Source: Patescibacteria group bacterium
GTDB taxonomy: Bacteria > Patescibacteriota > Patescibacteriia > UBA9934
Assembly: GCA_041659765.1 (NCBI GenBank)
Contig: JBAZXR010000001.1
Span: 595,338-659,337, forward strand
Length of the DNA stretch: 64,000 nucleotides
Reading direction: 5' to 3'
Under the pieces are notes generated by a model. It was not told the origin of the DNA. It did no database searches and was given only the letters and a program-made list of their open reading frames with translations. This document shows, in pieces, positions 27,806 to 36,699 of the stretch. Numbering within the stretch: the first letter of the stretch is position 1; each line of letters opens with the position of its first letter. The translations under genes were made by a program, and so were the position numbers.

Positions 27806-29154
27806 AGTGCAGCGAGAAATTTCTTGTAGATCTCAACCATCGCCAGCGTGTCCAGTTCGCAATAGGCGAGCATGTCTTTGCGTAGCTGAGATTTTGTTTC
27901 GGGAGCCGCCCCGGGATCAGTCAGAACGGGCCAGCTAGCAGAGGCCGTGCCGCCTTCATGAATCGTCAGGGCGTCGTAGGAGAGCTCGGGACACATGACG
28001 GGGAGCACTTTTTTGAGTGATGCGCTGCCACCAAAACGGGAGTCGTCGTAATAGCCCTTACTCACGATAGTCTTCAAATCAAACATTCGCTCATTCAAAG
28101 ACGACATGAACGCGTCATACTTCGGCACCATGCGGGCGAGCTCGGCGTTGCGTGCAGCTTCAAAGGACATATGCCAAACGATCACACCCCCTGTGTCACC
28201 AACATGTCCCCGCAGGGATTCGACGAGAGTCGCGGCCGGGTCTGCGAACTCGTCCATCAAAAATTCGACGTGCTCGAGTCCCGCGTCCGGCGACGTGAGA
28301 ATATGAATCGAGTATTGAAACGGGCATTGCTGATACGGTCGATATCCGTCAAACGGCGGAATAGCGGGTCCGTAGGTTTCGTAGTCGAGGAAATAGAGGG
28401 GATACTCGAGCGCGTCCAGCTCTTCACGAATAGCCTCCTTGTTCACGGTCAGCCCAGGTTTCCCCGAAGACACAATGGGTTCTTCGACCTCGCCTTCGAT
28501 AGCCTGCAAGATACACGCCCGGAATTCGCATTTGGCCGGATCAGTACAATTTTTAATAATGTCGAGGTTCGGCTCAGTCCCCCATCCCAAAACCGCCAGC
28601 GCACGAGGGATTTCCTTCCTGCACAACGGCAACAATTCTTCGACCTCATGCGTCACGTCCGTCCGCGCGAACAATTTCTCTGGGTCGATTGCACCCTGCT
28701 TCACATACTGGTTGTCGATGTGGACGTGGACGGTTTTTCTAATCTTCAGCCCCGCATCTTCTAGACATACGCGCTGGAACGCCATATCCATCAAATGCTC
28801 CGGCTTCACCTGGGTAGTGCTTTTCACCTCTAGCAGATCTCAAGAATCATCGCTATTCTTTTTCAGGATATCCGCGCGACACGTGATCTCCCCGGCCATA
28901 AACGTTGGCTGGAGTAAAACCTTCGCACCGTCAGCGATAGCCTTCTCCGTATTCCCCGCCCCAGCCTTCCCAAAGCCCATCACGTTCACGCCCTTTGGGT
29001 ATAACTTCATCGCCCACGCATCCACCTCGTTGCCGGTTGTGAAAGCTCTCAATGTATCGGCGTCGAACGCCGGCGCAAGATCGGGGCGTTGCTTGAAGAG
29101 CCAAAGTTCGCACGAGCAACGAAGAAATTGGTTGAAGTTAGACTTCGAGATCAT
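27802..29154 (-). pseudogene. DUF2779-family (PD-(D/E)XK nuclease + RNase-H-like exonuclease) gene interrupted by a single in-frame TGA
   Basis: The N-part (28840-29154, MISKSNFNQFLRCSCELWLFKQ...RADILKKNSDDS*) and the C-part (27802-28827, DLLEVKSTTQ...LYFLDYETYGPAIPPFDG...) are in the same frame. A TGA at 28840-28842 falls between the D and the E-V-K of the nuclease motif. This is either a pseudogene or a sequencing error. Confidence 0.65.
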
Positions 29155-29164
29155 AGGCTATCGA

Positions 29165-29491
29165 TCAGTTACTCAACGATCGGAGATATTCTTTAACCGG
29201 CTCTGCTACTGTTTCTTCGCTTATGTTTCTCTCAATACAATAAGCCGTCTTGAACCAAACTGACAGATCCTTCGCTCCTCTACTCGAGTTACAACTTCCA
29301 CAGCAAATAGCGGCATAAAACTTCTCATTAAAAGGGCCGTCATTATGAAAGTGCTCAATAGTAGCTCTATCTTTGTAGTGATCCTTCGTGCCGATGCCAC
29401 CACCCATCACCTTGCGACAATAAACACACGCACTGTCTCTTGCGCGAATCTCCGCCTCGTCACTAGCTGAGATACCGTAGGTGTTGGACAT
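29165..29491 (-). CDS. HNH endonuclease-domain protein
   Basis: CVYCRK...DHYKDRATIEHFHNDG...NEKFYAAICCGSCNSSRG shows the C-x2-C ... H-x-H ... N ... C-x2-C HNH/zinc-finger pattern. It lies 11 nt upstream of DUF2779 on the same strand. Confidence 0.65.
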   Translation of the reverse strand: MSNTYGISASDEAEIRARDSACVYCRKVMGGGIGTKDHYKDRATIEHFHNDGPFNEKFYAAICCGSCNSSRGAKDLSVWFKTAYCIERNISEETVAEPVKEYLRSLSN

Positions 29492-29593
29492 AAATAATAG
29501 CGGGGGCTACGAAGCACCATCTTACAATCGAAAGCTCGAGGAGCAGCGGAGGAAGGAGGTGAAGTGAGATTTGGAGAGCATAGACATGACCAA

Positions 29594-30310
29594 CTATACA
29601 ACCTTTCCATTCAGATAATTCGTAGCGATGTCCCGAAAAACTGCCTCAGAGAGTTCGAAGTTGAATAAACGGAAAAGTTCATCTGTGACATTCCTCGCCA
29701 AAAGGAAGATCTCTTCATCATTATTCAATTTATCAATATTCGTAGTTAAAACCGTCTCACTCGTTTTCTCTCTAACGCATAAGTATTCCCAAAAAAGCAT
29801 TCGTGAAGAATTTGCCGACATCAGCCGTCTCCCTTGAAGTTGATGGTGACGAACGGTGATAGATACGGTGGTGTCGCCGGCGATCTTTGCTAAGCGAAAA
29901 AAATTACGGAGATACATCAATGTTTCCGTCACTCGAATGATACGCGTATCGAAAAATACCGCGTTCTCTTTACGCTCATCTTCAAAGATTGTTTTGTATA
30001 AATAGAAAGCCCCGATCGCGTTCCAAGCCCAAAAATCTAAACTTCCTCGGCTTTTGTCGAATACCCGAGCAACGTGACCATCACGATCAGGTTGCGGCTT
30101 AAACTCACTACGATCCAAAAATACAGCAATCGGCCAACCAAACGTCTTAATTGTAGAATCCTTTGCCCAAGTGAGGATATCTCTCTTTTGAAGGCTAAGC
30201 TCATTATCAAAAAATACCTCAACCTCCATAATCCCTCTTTTTTTATCCAACGGAATGGACCTAGCTTCAGTCTTCATTCTATCGAACCACTGTTTTTGAT
30301 TTGCGGTCAT
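29594..30310 (-). CDS. hypothetical protein (238 aa), candidate partner/antitoxin of the upstream RelA/SpoT-domain protein
   Basis: No recognisable domain and no HD motif. Its start overlaps the stop of the RelA/SpoT gene by 4 nt (ATGA). Confidence 0.5.
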   Translation of the reverse strand: MTANQKQWFDRMKTEARSIPLDKKRGIMEVEVFFDNELSLQKRDILTWAKDSTIKTFGWPIAVFLDRSEFKPQPDRDGHVARVFDKSRGSLDFWAWNAIGAFYLYKTIFEDERKENAVFFDTRIIRVTETLMYLRNFFRLAKIAGDTTVSITVRHHQLQGRRLMSANSSRMLFWEYLCVREKTSETVLTTNIDKLNNDEEIFLLARNVTDELFRLFNFELSEAVFRDIATNYLNGKVV

Positions 30311-31071
30311 AAACCATTCTTTTTATCATCCTGCTCTCTAGCCTGCTTTTGTACAAGTTGCCACACCTTTTCACACCCCCTATGAATCAAAGAAATTGCG
30401 TCGCTCAGGTCCTTGGAGTCACCTTTCTCGTCTCTGCCATATAGATATTTCCTATCTTGCACTGCCCAGGCATCACCCAAAACCGTTCTAAGTTGAATTT
30501 CACAATGCAAATCACGCGCGATTCGGTCGTATCTCATTGTCTTGGTTACAGTAAAATGGATTGCGTCATAAAACGGACTTGATCGTCTATCCAGTGTAGC
30601 AGTGTCAGTTTTATTGTTAGTCAATCCTAAAGGAGGTTGATTCCTCATTGGAGTCTTAGTGTCGAATACACCATGTTCATCTTTCGATGTTTTTACACAC
30701 TTACCCTCAAGGCGATATGCCTTCAATTCATTGTCTAATCGGTCAGCAAATTTCCAGAGATCGTCTGCACAATTCAACGTAACCCTTACCCCTGCTATGT
30801 CTTTAAAAGAAAATAGACTTTTATACTTTTTCTTCCCAGAGTTTTTATTCCCATCATTATAATTCTCTAAAATCTTACCGATGTCTTTTATATTCTTTCT
30901 AGCGCCGATTGTCTCCACATCGATTCCAGCCTCCTCACACTCCTCACAGATCTGGTTTACAAACCGTAGAATATTTCTTTGCAACTTTAAATACACAGGA
31001 GCCCAAACCACATATTCCTCTCTAATCTTATCCTCAGCCTTCATAAAACCCGCTTGGGTCAATCGCTCCAA
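30307..31071 (-). CDS. RelA/SpoT-domain nucleotidyltransferase (small alarmone synthetase-like; possible toxSAS)
   Basis: FKDIAGVRVTLNCADDL and HCEIQLRTVLGDAWAVQDRKYLYG match the (p)ppGpp-synthetase fold motifs (D-x-A-G-x-R ... EIQ(I/L)RT). 254 aa. Overlaps the 3' end of the hsdM-S gene by 13 nt. Confidence 0.7.
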   Translation of the reverse strand: MERLTQAGFMKAEDKIREEYVVWAPVYLKLQRNILRFVNQICEECEEAGIDVETIGARKNIKDIGKILENYNDGNKNSGKKKYKSLFSFKDIAGVRVTLNCADDLWKFADRLDNELKAYRLEGKCVKTSKDEHGVFDTKTPMRNQPPLGLTNNKTDTATLDRRSSPFYDAIHFTVTKTMRYDRIARDLHCEIQLRTVLGDAWAVQDRKYLYGRDEKGDSKDLSDAISLIHRGCEKVWQLVQKQAREQDDKKNGL

Positions 31072-33482
31072 AGCTTCGCGATCGTTTCTTTAGTTTTTTG
31101 CTCGTAAATCTCAATCAGTTTCTTGGCAGATTCCATGAGCACACGCTCAGCCTCGATTTTTTCCACTATTTGTTTTTGGATGACAAGAGGTGGAAGAGGG
31201 ATTATTACATTTCTAACGATCTCGGAATTAAGATTTCTAACTACCCCACCCGTAGCGGCGTTCTCGAATTGTTCCACCACAATATCTGAACTCAGAATGT
31301 AGTACAGAAAATCTTTTCCGATCTTCTTAGCGTCTTCGGTTAAGCGCAACCAACCGTCATGAATATATCCGTCAATTTTCATTATATATGGACGCCCAAA
31401 ACTCATTGAGTTTGAAAGTACAAAATCACCAACAACGACTTTACGAGATTTTTCTGCGCCCTCCTTTGTCACTCTCTCCGCCGTATGAGTAATATATTTA
31501 TCAGCATTTTTTGTATCCCCAATTTTTACCCAATTAAATCCATCTGAGCTCTCTGTTATAAACTTATCTATCGGGCGCGGCGATGCCCCTCTTTCGATTT
31601 TACAAACTTCGCTGATTTTTACCTTCTCCCACTCTAAACCGATGTCAATTTTTGGTTTCCAATTTTGAGCGATTTGTTTCGCGCCAGCTATGATACCTGC
31701 GTAGCCGCTCAACTCCGCCACGATTTGCTCTTGAAATTCGAGGGAAGGAAGAGGAATCTTGAATTTAGAATATTGAGATATCCAGTATCGCTTGTGCTCA
31801 CCGGGAGTAAACGGGATATTCTGCATTACGTAATAGACATAGCGTATGTTCGCCAACTCTTTTTTTGTGTGTAGTATCTTCATTGCGGAAGACTTCACCT
31901 TGAACGGAAAATCGACAAATTTAGTTGCGGTTGTAAAATCATCAAATATTATCACTGGCAACCCCTCACGAAAAATACCCGTCGTCTCGTTGGTGTGGCC
32001 CAATACAAACGTCTTCCCTGCAGTGAGAACGGGGGTCAGATATTCATCTTTATAATCAACGGATTCGACCAAATACTTAGTGGGCTGCTCGTAGTCCAGA
32101 ACCTCGCCCAATTCTACCATCGGCCATTTTACGTTCGAGTGATCCATAGCGACCCGATATCGATCCGCGGAGAGATTGTAATCATCATTCTTCGCTATGT
32201 CCGTTTTTTCTACATAAATAACGTGCGCATCTTGAGCTTTCTTTCCCTTGGTCCATTCTCTCAAGATATTGACGGATGCAGGTAGATCGTTCTTGCCGAT
32301 GGGTCTACGAGTAGCACCGAGGTCGAATCCATCGTTTTCTATCTTAATAAATACTATTTCATTGAGCGTTTTGGCCAAAGTCACGTCAAAGAAAAGGATG
32401 CTTGTTTTGACGCCGGCGTATGGATTAAATACACCACCGGGAAGACTCACGACAGCAAAAAGACCATCTTCTACCAGATTCTTTCTTAGTTGTTTATACG
32501 CGCTACCCGACTGAAAGATGACCCCTTCTGGCACAATCACGCCCGCCCGGCCGCCTGGTCGCAAGTGGCTCATGATGTAATCGACGAAAAGCACCTCCGC
32601 ACGGTTAGATTGAACTCCAAATTTAGTATGCGGCTTAATCCCGCCTTTTGGAGACATGAATGGTGGGTTAGCTAAGATCACATCGAACTTATCGTTCCAA
32701 CGCTCGTCGCTGGAAAGAGAGTCATACTGGAAAATCTTTGGATTCTTAAATTGGTGGAGGTATGTATTTACCTGGGCAATACGAACCATTCCAGGATCTA
32801 TATCGTAACCCTCAAAATTATTCATCAGCTTGCGCTTCTCGTCTGGAGTAAGCGGTTTCTCTTTCTTTTCTGGGTCATCCTTACCATCGTGTTGCTCTAA
32901 AATGTGCCTATACGAGCTCACCAAAAATCCACCCGTTCCACAGGCAGGATCGAGGACCTTATCATCTTTGGTTGGGTTAACTACATCTACAATGAAATCG
33001 ATAATGTGACGCGGCGTGCGAAACTGGCCGGCATCACCCTGGCTAGACATGATCGAAAGAAGGTATTCGTATGCGTTACCAAGTTCTTCGGAATGCGAAT
33101 AATCAAAATAGTTAATTTCATTCAAAAACAAACCGAGAACTTCAGGCGATCTGTATGGCAAAAAAGCGGACTTAAAGATTCCACGAAATAATTCTGGTAG
33201 CTGTTTCGCCTCAGAAAACTTCAGAAGCGCTTCAGAATAGAGATTCATGCGCTCCTGGTTGCCCATACGTTGATCCATGAGGCGCGTCCAAGCGTAACGC
33301 TCGAGCTCACCCACGAAGAAGGACGGATCTCCGCCAGCCTTAATAGCAGCCTGATCCATGTCATCCATGAACTTATAGATAAGTGCGTTGGTGATCTGGT
33401 CAATTTGAGATGTTGGATTTGGCACTACGCCTACCAAAACCTGGCGAGCAGCATCAATGTGGCGTTTTGTTTCGGTATTCAT
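31059..33482 (-). CDS. hsdM: type I restriction-modification fused methyltransferase-specificity protein (HsdM-HsdS fusion)
   Basis: N-terminal N6-adenine MTase (FRTPRHIIDFIVDVV...VLDPACGTGGFLV; ILANPPF) is followed by two target-recognition modules. Each module ends in an HsdS conserved spacer (IPLPSLEFQEQIVAELS and IIPLPPLVIQKQIVEKIEAE). 807 aa. Confidence 0.85.
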   Translation of the reverse strand: MNTETKRHIDAARQVLVGVVPNPTSQIDQITNALIYKFMDDMDQAAIKAGGDPSFFVGELERYAWTRLMDQRMGNQERMNLYSEALLKFSEAKQLPELFRGIFKSAFLPYRSPEVLGLFLNEINYFDYSHSEELGNAYEYLLSIMSSQGDAGQFRTPRHIIDFIVDVVNPTKDDKVLDPACGTGGFLVSSYRHILEQHDGKDDPEKKEKPLTPDEKRKLMNNFEGYDIDPGMVRIAQVNTYLHQFKNPKIFQYDSLSSDERWNDKFDVILANPPFMSPKGGIKPHTKFGVQSNRAEVLFVDYIMSHLRPGGRAGVIVPEGVIFQSGSAYKQLRKNLVEDGLFAVVSLPGGVFNPYAGVKTSILFFDVTLAKTLNEIVFIKIENDGFDLGATRRPIGKNDLPASVNILREWTKGKKAQDAHVIYVEKTDIAKNDDYNLSADRYRVAMDHSNVKWPMVELGEVLDYEQPTKYLVESVDYKDEYLTPVLTAGKTFVLGHTNETTGIFREGLPVIIFDDFTTATKFVDFPFKVKSSAMKILHTKKELANIRYVYYVMQNIPFTPGEHKRYWISQYSKFKIPLPSLEFQEQIVAELSGYAGIIAGAKQIAQNWKPKIDIGLEWEKVKISEVCKIERGASPRPIDKFITESSDGFNWVKIGDTKNADKYITHTAERVTKEGAEKSRKVVVGDFVLSNSMSFGRPYIMKIDGYIHDGWLRLTEDAKKIGKDFLYYILSSDIVVEQFENAATGGVVRNLNSEIVRNVIIPLPPLVIQKQIVEKIEAERVLMESAKKLIEIYEQKTKETIAKLWSD

Positions 33483-33484
33483 AC

Positions 33485-36052
33485 TTATCCTAAATTGGTT
33501 AGCTGATAAGCGTAGTCACGGACATATTGCGGAACTGTAGTTTTGAACCCGTTAAGTTTTTGATAGTCATCGAAATCAAATGAACCACGAACATTAAATT
33601 CGGCCGGCTTGTTCTGCTTTACAATGTCGCGAACCTCTTCGTCCACAATATACGCCTTAAAGAAGTTTTTGGTTGGTTGGTAGTGTTCCTGGTCTACTTC
33701 ATAAATATCCATGAACTTCTGCCACTCTGACTCCAGAACGTCATCCTTCATCTCGAATGTATCTTTTTCACCAAATGCTACCTGCAAAAACTCTCGAACG
33801 GTGATCCGGCGATCAACACCGAAAATTTTACGGATCTTATCAAGGTTAAGGAAGTATTTTGGCTTGTCGAAAATCTGCTTTTTCGCAAAATCCTCGGCGC
33901 CTTCGGTGTCGCCATTACTCCAGAGATTCTTAAGCGTTTCATTGCCTAGCACATCTTCCTCAACAGCACGCTTAAAACCTTCACGATCAATTCGCATGCC
34001 TTCCTCACCGACTGGAGTCTCCGAAATAGTGGCCAGCTCGTCAGAAGTGGCCAAATCCACGATCCCCTTAAATATCTTCTTGCCATTCTCATCTACAAAT
34101 TCTCCCTGCGCTAATTCCTTACCCGTTGCGGTCTTTTTCTCCTCTGCCTTCTTAACTACCGGAAGCTTGATCTTCTCGTCGTACTTGAATTCTTTTTCAA
34201 AATACTCGCACGTGGCAAAGAAATCGAAAAACTTAAACTTGTCTTTAGCTACCGCGATAACATCACTGTCTTTATAATCCTTATGTTCAAACAAATATGT
34301 TCTAGTTCCACGTCCCTTTATCTGAACAAAATCTGCCGGACTAAAAACCGGACGCATTAGACCAATGTTGAGAAGATCCTGACAGTCGTATCCCGTGGTC
34401 ATCATGCCGACAGTAACAACAACGCGTGTCTTGCCCGTATCATATCCCTCCGGCTCCTTTGCATGACCGCCGAGGCGGTTATTCGCAAAATTAATGGTCA
34501 TTTGTTGTGCATCTTGCACCTGAGAAGTAACCTGCATGGCAAAATCAGATTCTCCGTATTGTTTTGGCCACTTTTCAAACGCTAATCTATTGAGAATATT
34601 AGTGACTCGCGCTGCATGTTTCTGTGAGACACAAAAGACAATGGACTTGCCGAATAATTGAACGCCCAATTTTTCTGCCACTGGATCAAAGATGCCGTTA
34701 TCAACAAATGCCTTACACATGGCAATATTCGTTTCTTCGTTGAAAAACTTTCGCTCGTAGTGCTTTGCGCTATATGTCTCGTCGACCGTTTCTCCACTTT
34801 CAGCTGCAGTGTGAACGCTATACCCTTTTTCCGACAACAACTCAGTCGTGATTTCCGTTCTTGCGTCTACTATCACGGGATTAATCAAATACCCATCTTT
34901 TACACCAGACAACAAATCATATCTAAATGTAGGCTCGCCGGATTCGCAGCCGAAGGTCTTGTACGTGCTTAAAAGCACACGTCGCTCATATTCACGCTGA
35001 GTATCCGCGTCCTCAGCGTCTACGCCCTTTAAGTAGTCCTTCGGAGTCGCGGTTAAACCGAGCTTATAGCCAACAAAGTATTCGAATACTGCCCGACTAT
35101 TACCACCAATTGAACGGTGAGCTTCGTCAGAAATCACTAGCTCAAAATCTGTGGGTGAAAATTCTTTCTTATACCGATCACCTGCCATGAAAGATTGAAT
35201 GGTCGAAACCACTACACTCGCATTCTGCCAAGAATCACGGCTCTCTTTATAGATAACACTTCTAAAATCCTTTCCAAGATACTGAGAAAATGCCTTCTGC
35301 GCCTGGTCCTCAAGCTCGATTCTGTCCACTAAGAATAAAACACGACGAGCATTGCCAGATTTCAGGAAAAGCTTAATAACCGCCGCAGAAATAAGTGTCT
35401 TGCCGGTACCCGTCGCCATTTCAAACAAGAATCTTTGTTTTCCCTCCTTGGCTGACTCTTGCAACGCCTTGATTGCCTGTACTTGATACGGACGAAGCTG
35501 TTTAAGATTATTATTTCTCAAAAATTCGCTTCGCGTTTCCGCATCCTTAAATGCTGGATCCTTAAAAAATCCAGGCATCTGCGTATCTACTACATAGTTC
35601 CCATCAACTAACGTTTTTGCTAGTTCGTCAGGATTCGGGGTGTATTTCTCATATTGTGTAATGGAATCCTGAGTGGGAAAACGAGAAATAGTATCAGGAT
35701 TTCCTTGCTTTGTATCCCAAAAATAGTGAATATTCCCATTTGAAAGAATGATAAATCTCGCTCCAACATTCCGAGCATAATTCCTCGCCTGTTCTTTTGC
35801 TGACAAAGGATCAACAGACTCTTTTTTAGCCTCAACCACAACTAATGGCCTACCGTCTTTATCTAAAAGAAGAAAATCTATAAAACCATGAGCCTCATAC
35901 TCAAAATCATCGCCAAGATCAGCGTATTTCACGCCTGGCTCCAGCTGAATATTCGCCCTGCCCTTCTTCTTATCATCCTCAAACCGCCAGCCTGATTCTT
36001 CGAGGAGTTTGTTAATCTTTATTCTAGCCTTAGCCTCTTTTGCATTTGCCAT
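33485..36052 (-). CDS. hsdR: type I restriction enzyme R subunit (N-terminal PD-(D/E)XK nuclease + SF2 helicase)
   Basis: Nuclease motif GFIDFLLLDKDGRPLVVVEAKK. Helicase motifs ATGTGKT, VISDEAHRS and QIKGRGTR. The stop overlaps the hsdM-S start (ATGA). Confidence 0.85.
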   Translation of the reverse strand: MANAKEAKARIKINKLLEESGWRFEDDKKKGRANIQLEPGVKYADLGDDFEYEAHGFIDFLLLDKDGRPLVVVEAKKESVDPLSAKEQARNYARNVGARFIILSNGNIHYFWDTKQGNPDTISRFPTQDSITQYEKYTPNPDELAKTLVDGNYVVDTQMPGFFKDPAFKDAETRSEFLRNNNLKQLRPYQVQAIKALQESAKEGKQRFLFEMATGTGKTLISAAVIKLFLKSGNARRVLFLVDRIELEDQAQKAFSQYLGKDFRSVIYKESRDSWQNASVVVSTIQSFMAGDRYKKEFSPTDFELVISDEAHRSIGGNSRAVFEYFVGYKLGLTATPKDYLKGVDAEDADTQREYERRVLLSTYKTFGCESGEPTFRYDLLSGVKDGYLINPVIVDARTEITTELLSEKGYSVHTAAESGETVDETYSAKHYERKFFNEETNIAMCKAFVDNGIFDPVAEKLGVQLFGKSIVFCVSQKHAARVTNILNRLAFEKWPKQYGESDFAMQVTSQVQDAQQMTINFANNRLGGHAKEPEGYDTGKTRVVVTVGMMTTGYDCQDLLNIGLMRPVFSPADFVQIKGRGTRTYLFEHKDYKDSDVIAVAKDKFKFFDFFATCEYFEKEFKYDEKIKLPVVKKAEEKKTATGKELAQGEFVDENGKKIFKGIVDLATSDELATISETPVGEEGMRIDREGFKRAVEEDVLGNETLKNLWSNGDTEGAEDFAKKQIFDKPKYFLNLDKIRKIFGVDRRITVREFLQVAFGEKDTFEMKDDVLESEWQKFMDIYEVDQEHYQPTKNFFKAYIVDEEVRDIVKQNKPAEFNVRGSFDFDDYQKLNGFKTTVPQYVRDYAYQLTNLG

Positions 36053-36243
36053 AGTCCTGGAGATTCTATCACCGGTCTAAAAACCCCGCCACATCAAGTA
36101 AAGTCAGCTTGCCGACGAGTGCATGCCTTATGCGCAAAGTATCCCCTTCCCCCGAAGCCTATTATCAGCGAGTATAGGCATGGCGGATCGGGAGGTGGTC
36201 GAACCCGCGAAGTCAATTAATATTAACCCCAGTACACACACCT

Positions 36244-36453
36244 ATGACAGACATCAAAGGGAACCAGGACGGACCCGGCGGTCGAAACGAAACGTATAAA
36301 ATCGGTTCGCGCCGTGAAGTCCCCCGAGTGCAGGCAGTACGAGAGGTAAAGGCCGGAACACACGACGGAGCTCATGTGGTCAAAATCAATGGCCGGGAGT
36401 ACGTTCGTGACAATCCGGACAGCTCCAAGCGTGACAACGTCAACCAACGTTAA
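36244..36453 (+). CDS. small hypothetical protein (69 aa)
   Basis: Gly/Arg-rich N-terminus. A conserved-looking HVVKINGREYVRDNPDS core. Followed by a bidirectional terminator. Confidence 0.4.
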   Translation: MTDIKGNQDGPGGRNETYKIGSRREVPRVQAVREVKAGTHDGAHVVKINGREYVRDNPDSSKRDNVNQR

Positions 36454-36561
36454 GGTTAATGGAAAAGCTGCACGAGTAGATAGAGCCCGCTCGGAAGGAG
36501 TAAATGAGGCAGTTGTAATCTGAAAATGGCGCTCGAAAGGTAGCACCTTCCAAAGTCACAC

Positions 36562-36590
36562 AAAACCCCGTCGGCCAGGCGGGGTTTTGC
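36562..36590. terminator. bidirectional terminator
   Basis: AAAACCCCG-TCGGCCAGG-CGGGGTTTT. Confidence 0.6.
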
Positions 36591-36699
36591 TTACGCTCTC
36601 TCTTCATCTTCGCGGTTTTGAAGTCTTCGCCTCCCCTATAAAGGGACTGCTGCGGGTGCCCGCCGTAGTCAGTAAACCTATGGCTTTAAACATCTGCGC

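Noticed and set aside
28837-28842. Alternative genetic code (TGA sense, code 4/25) explaining the interrupted DUF2779 gene
   Set aside because: TGA terminates other well-defined genes in the window (dut at 9767-9769; the LysM gene at 4624-4626), each followed by a separate downstream gene. GC content near 50% is also atypical for code-25 lineages.
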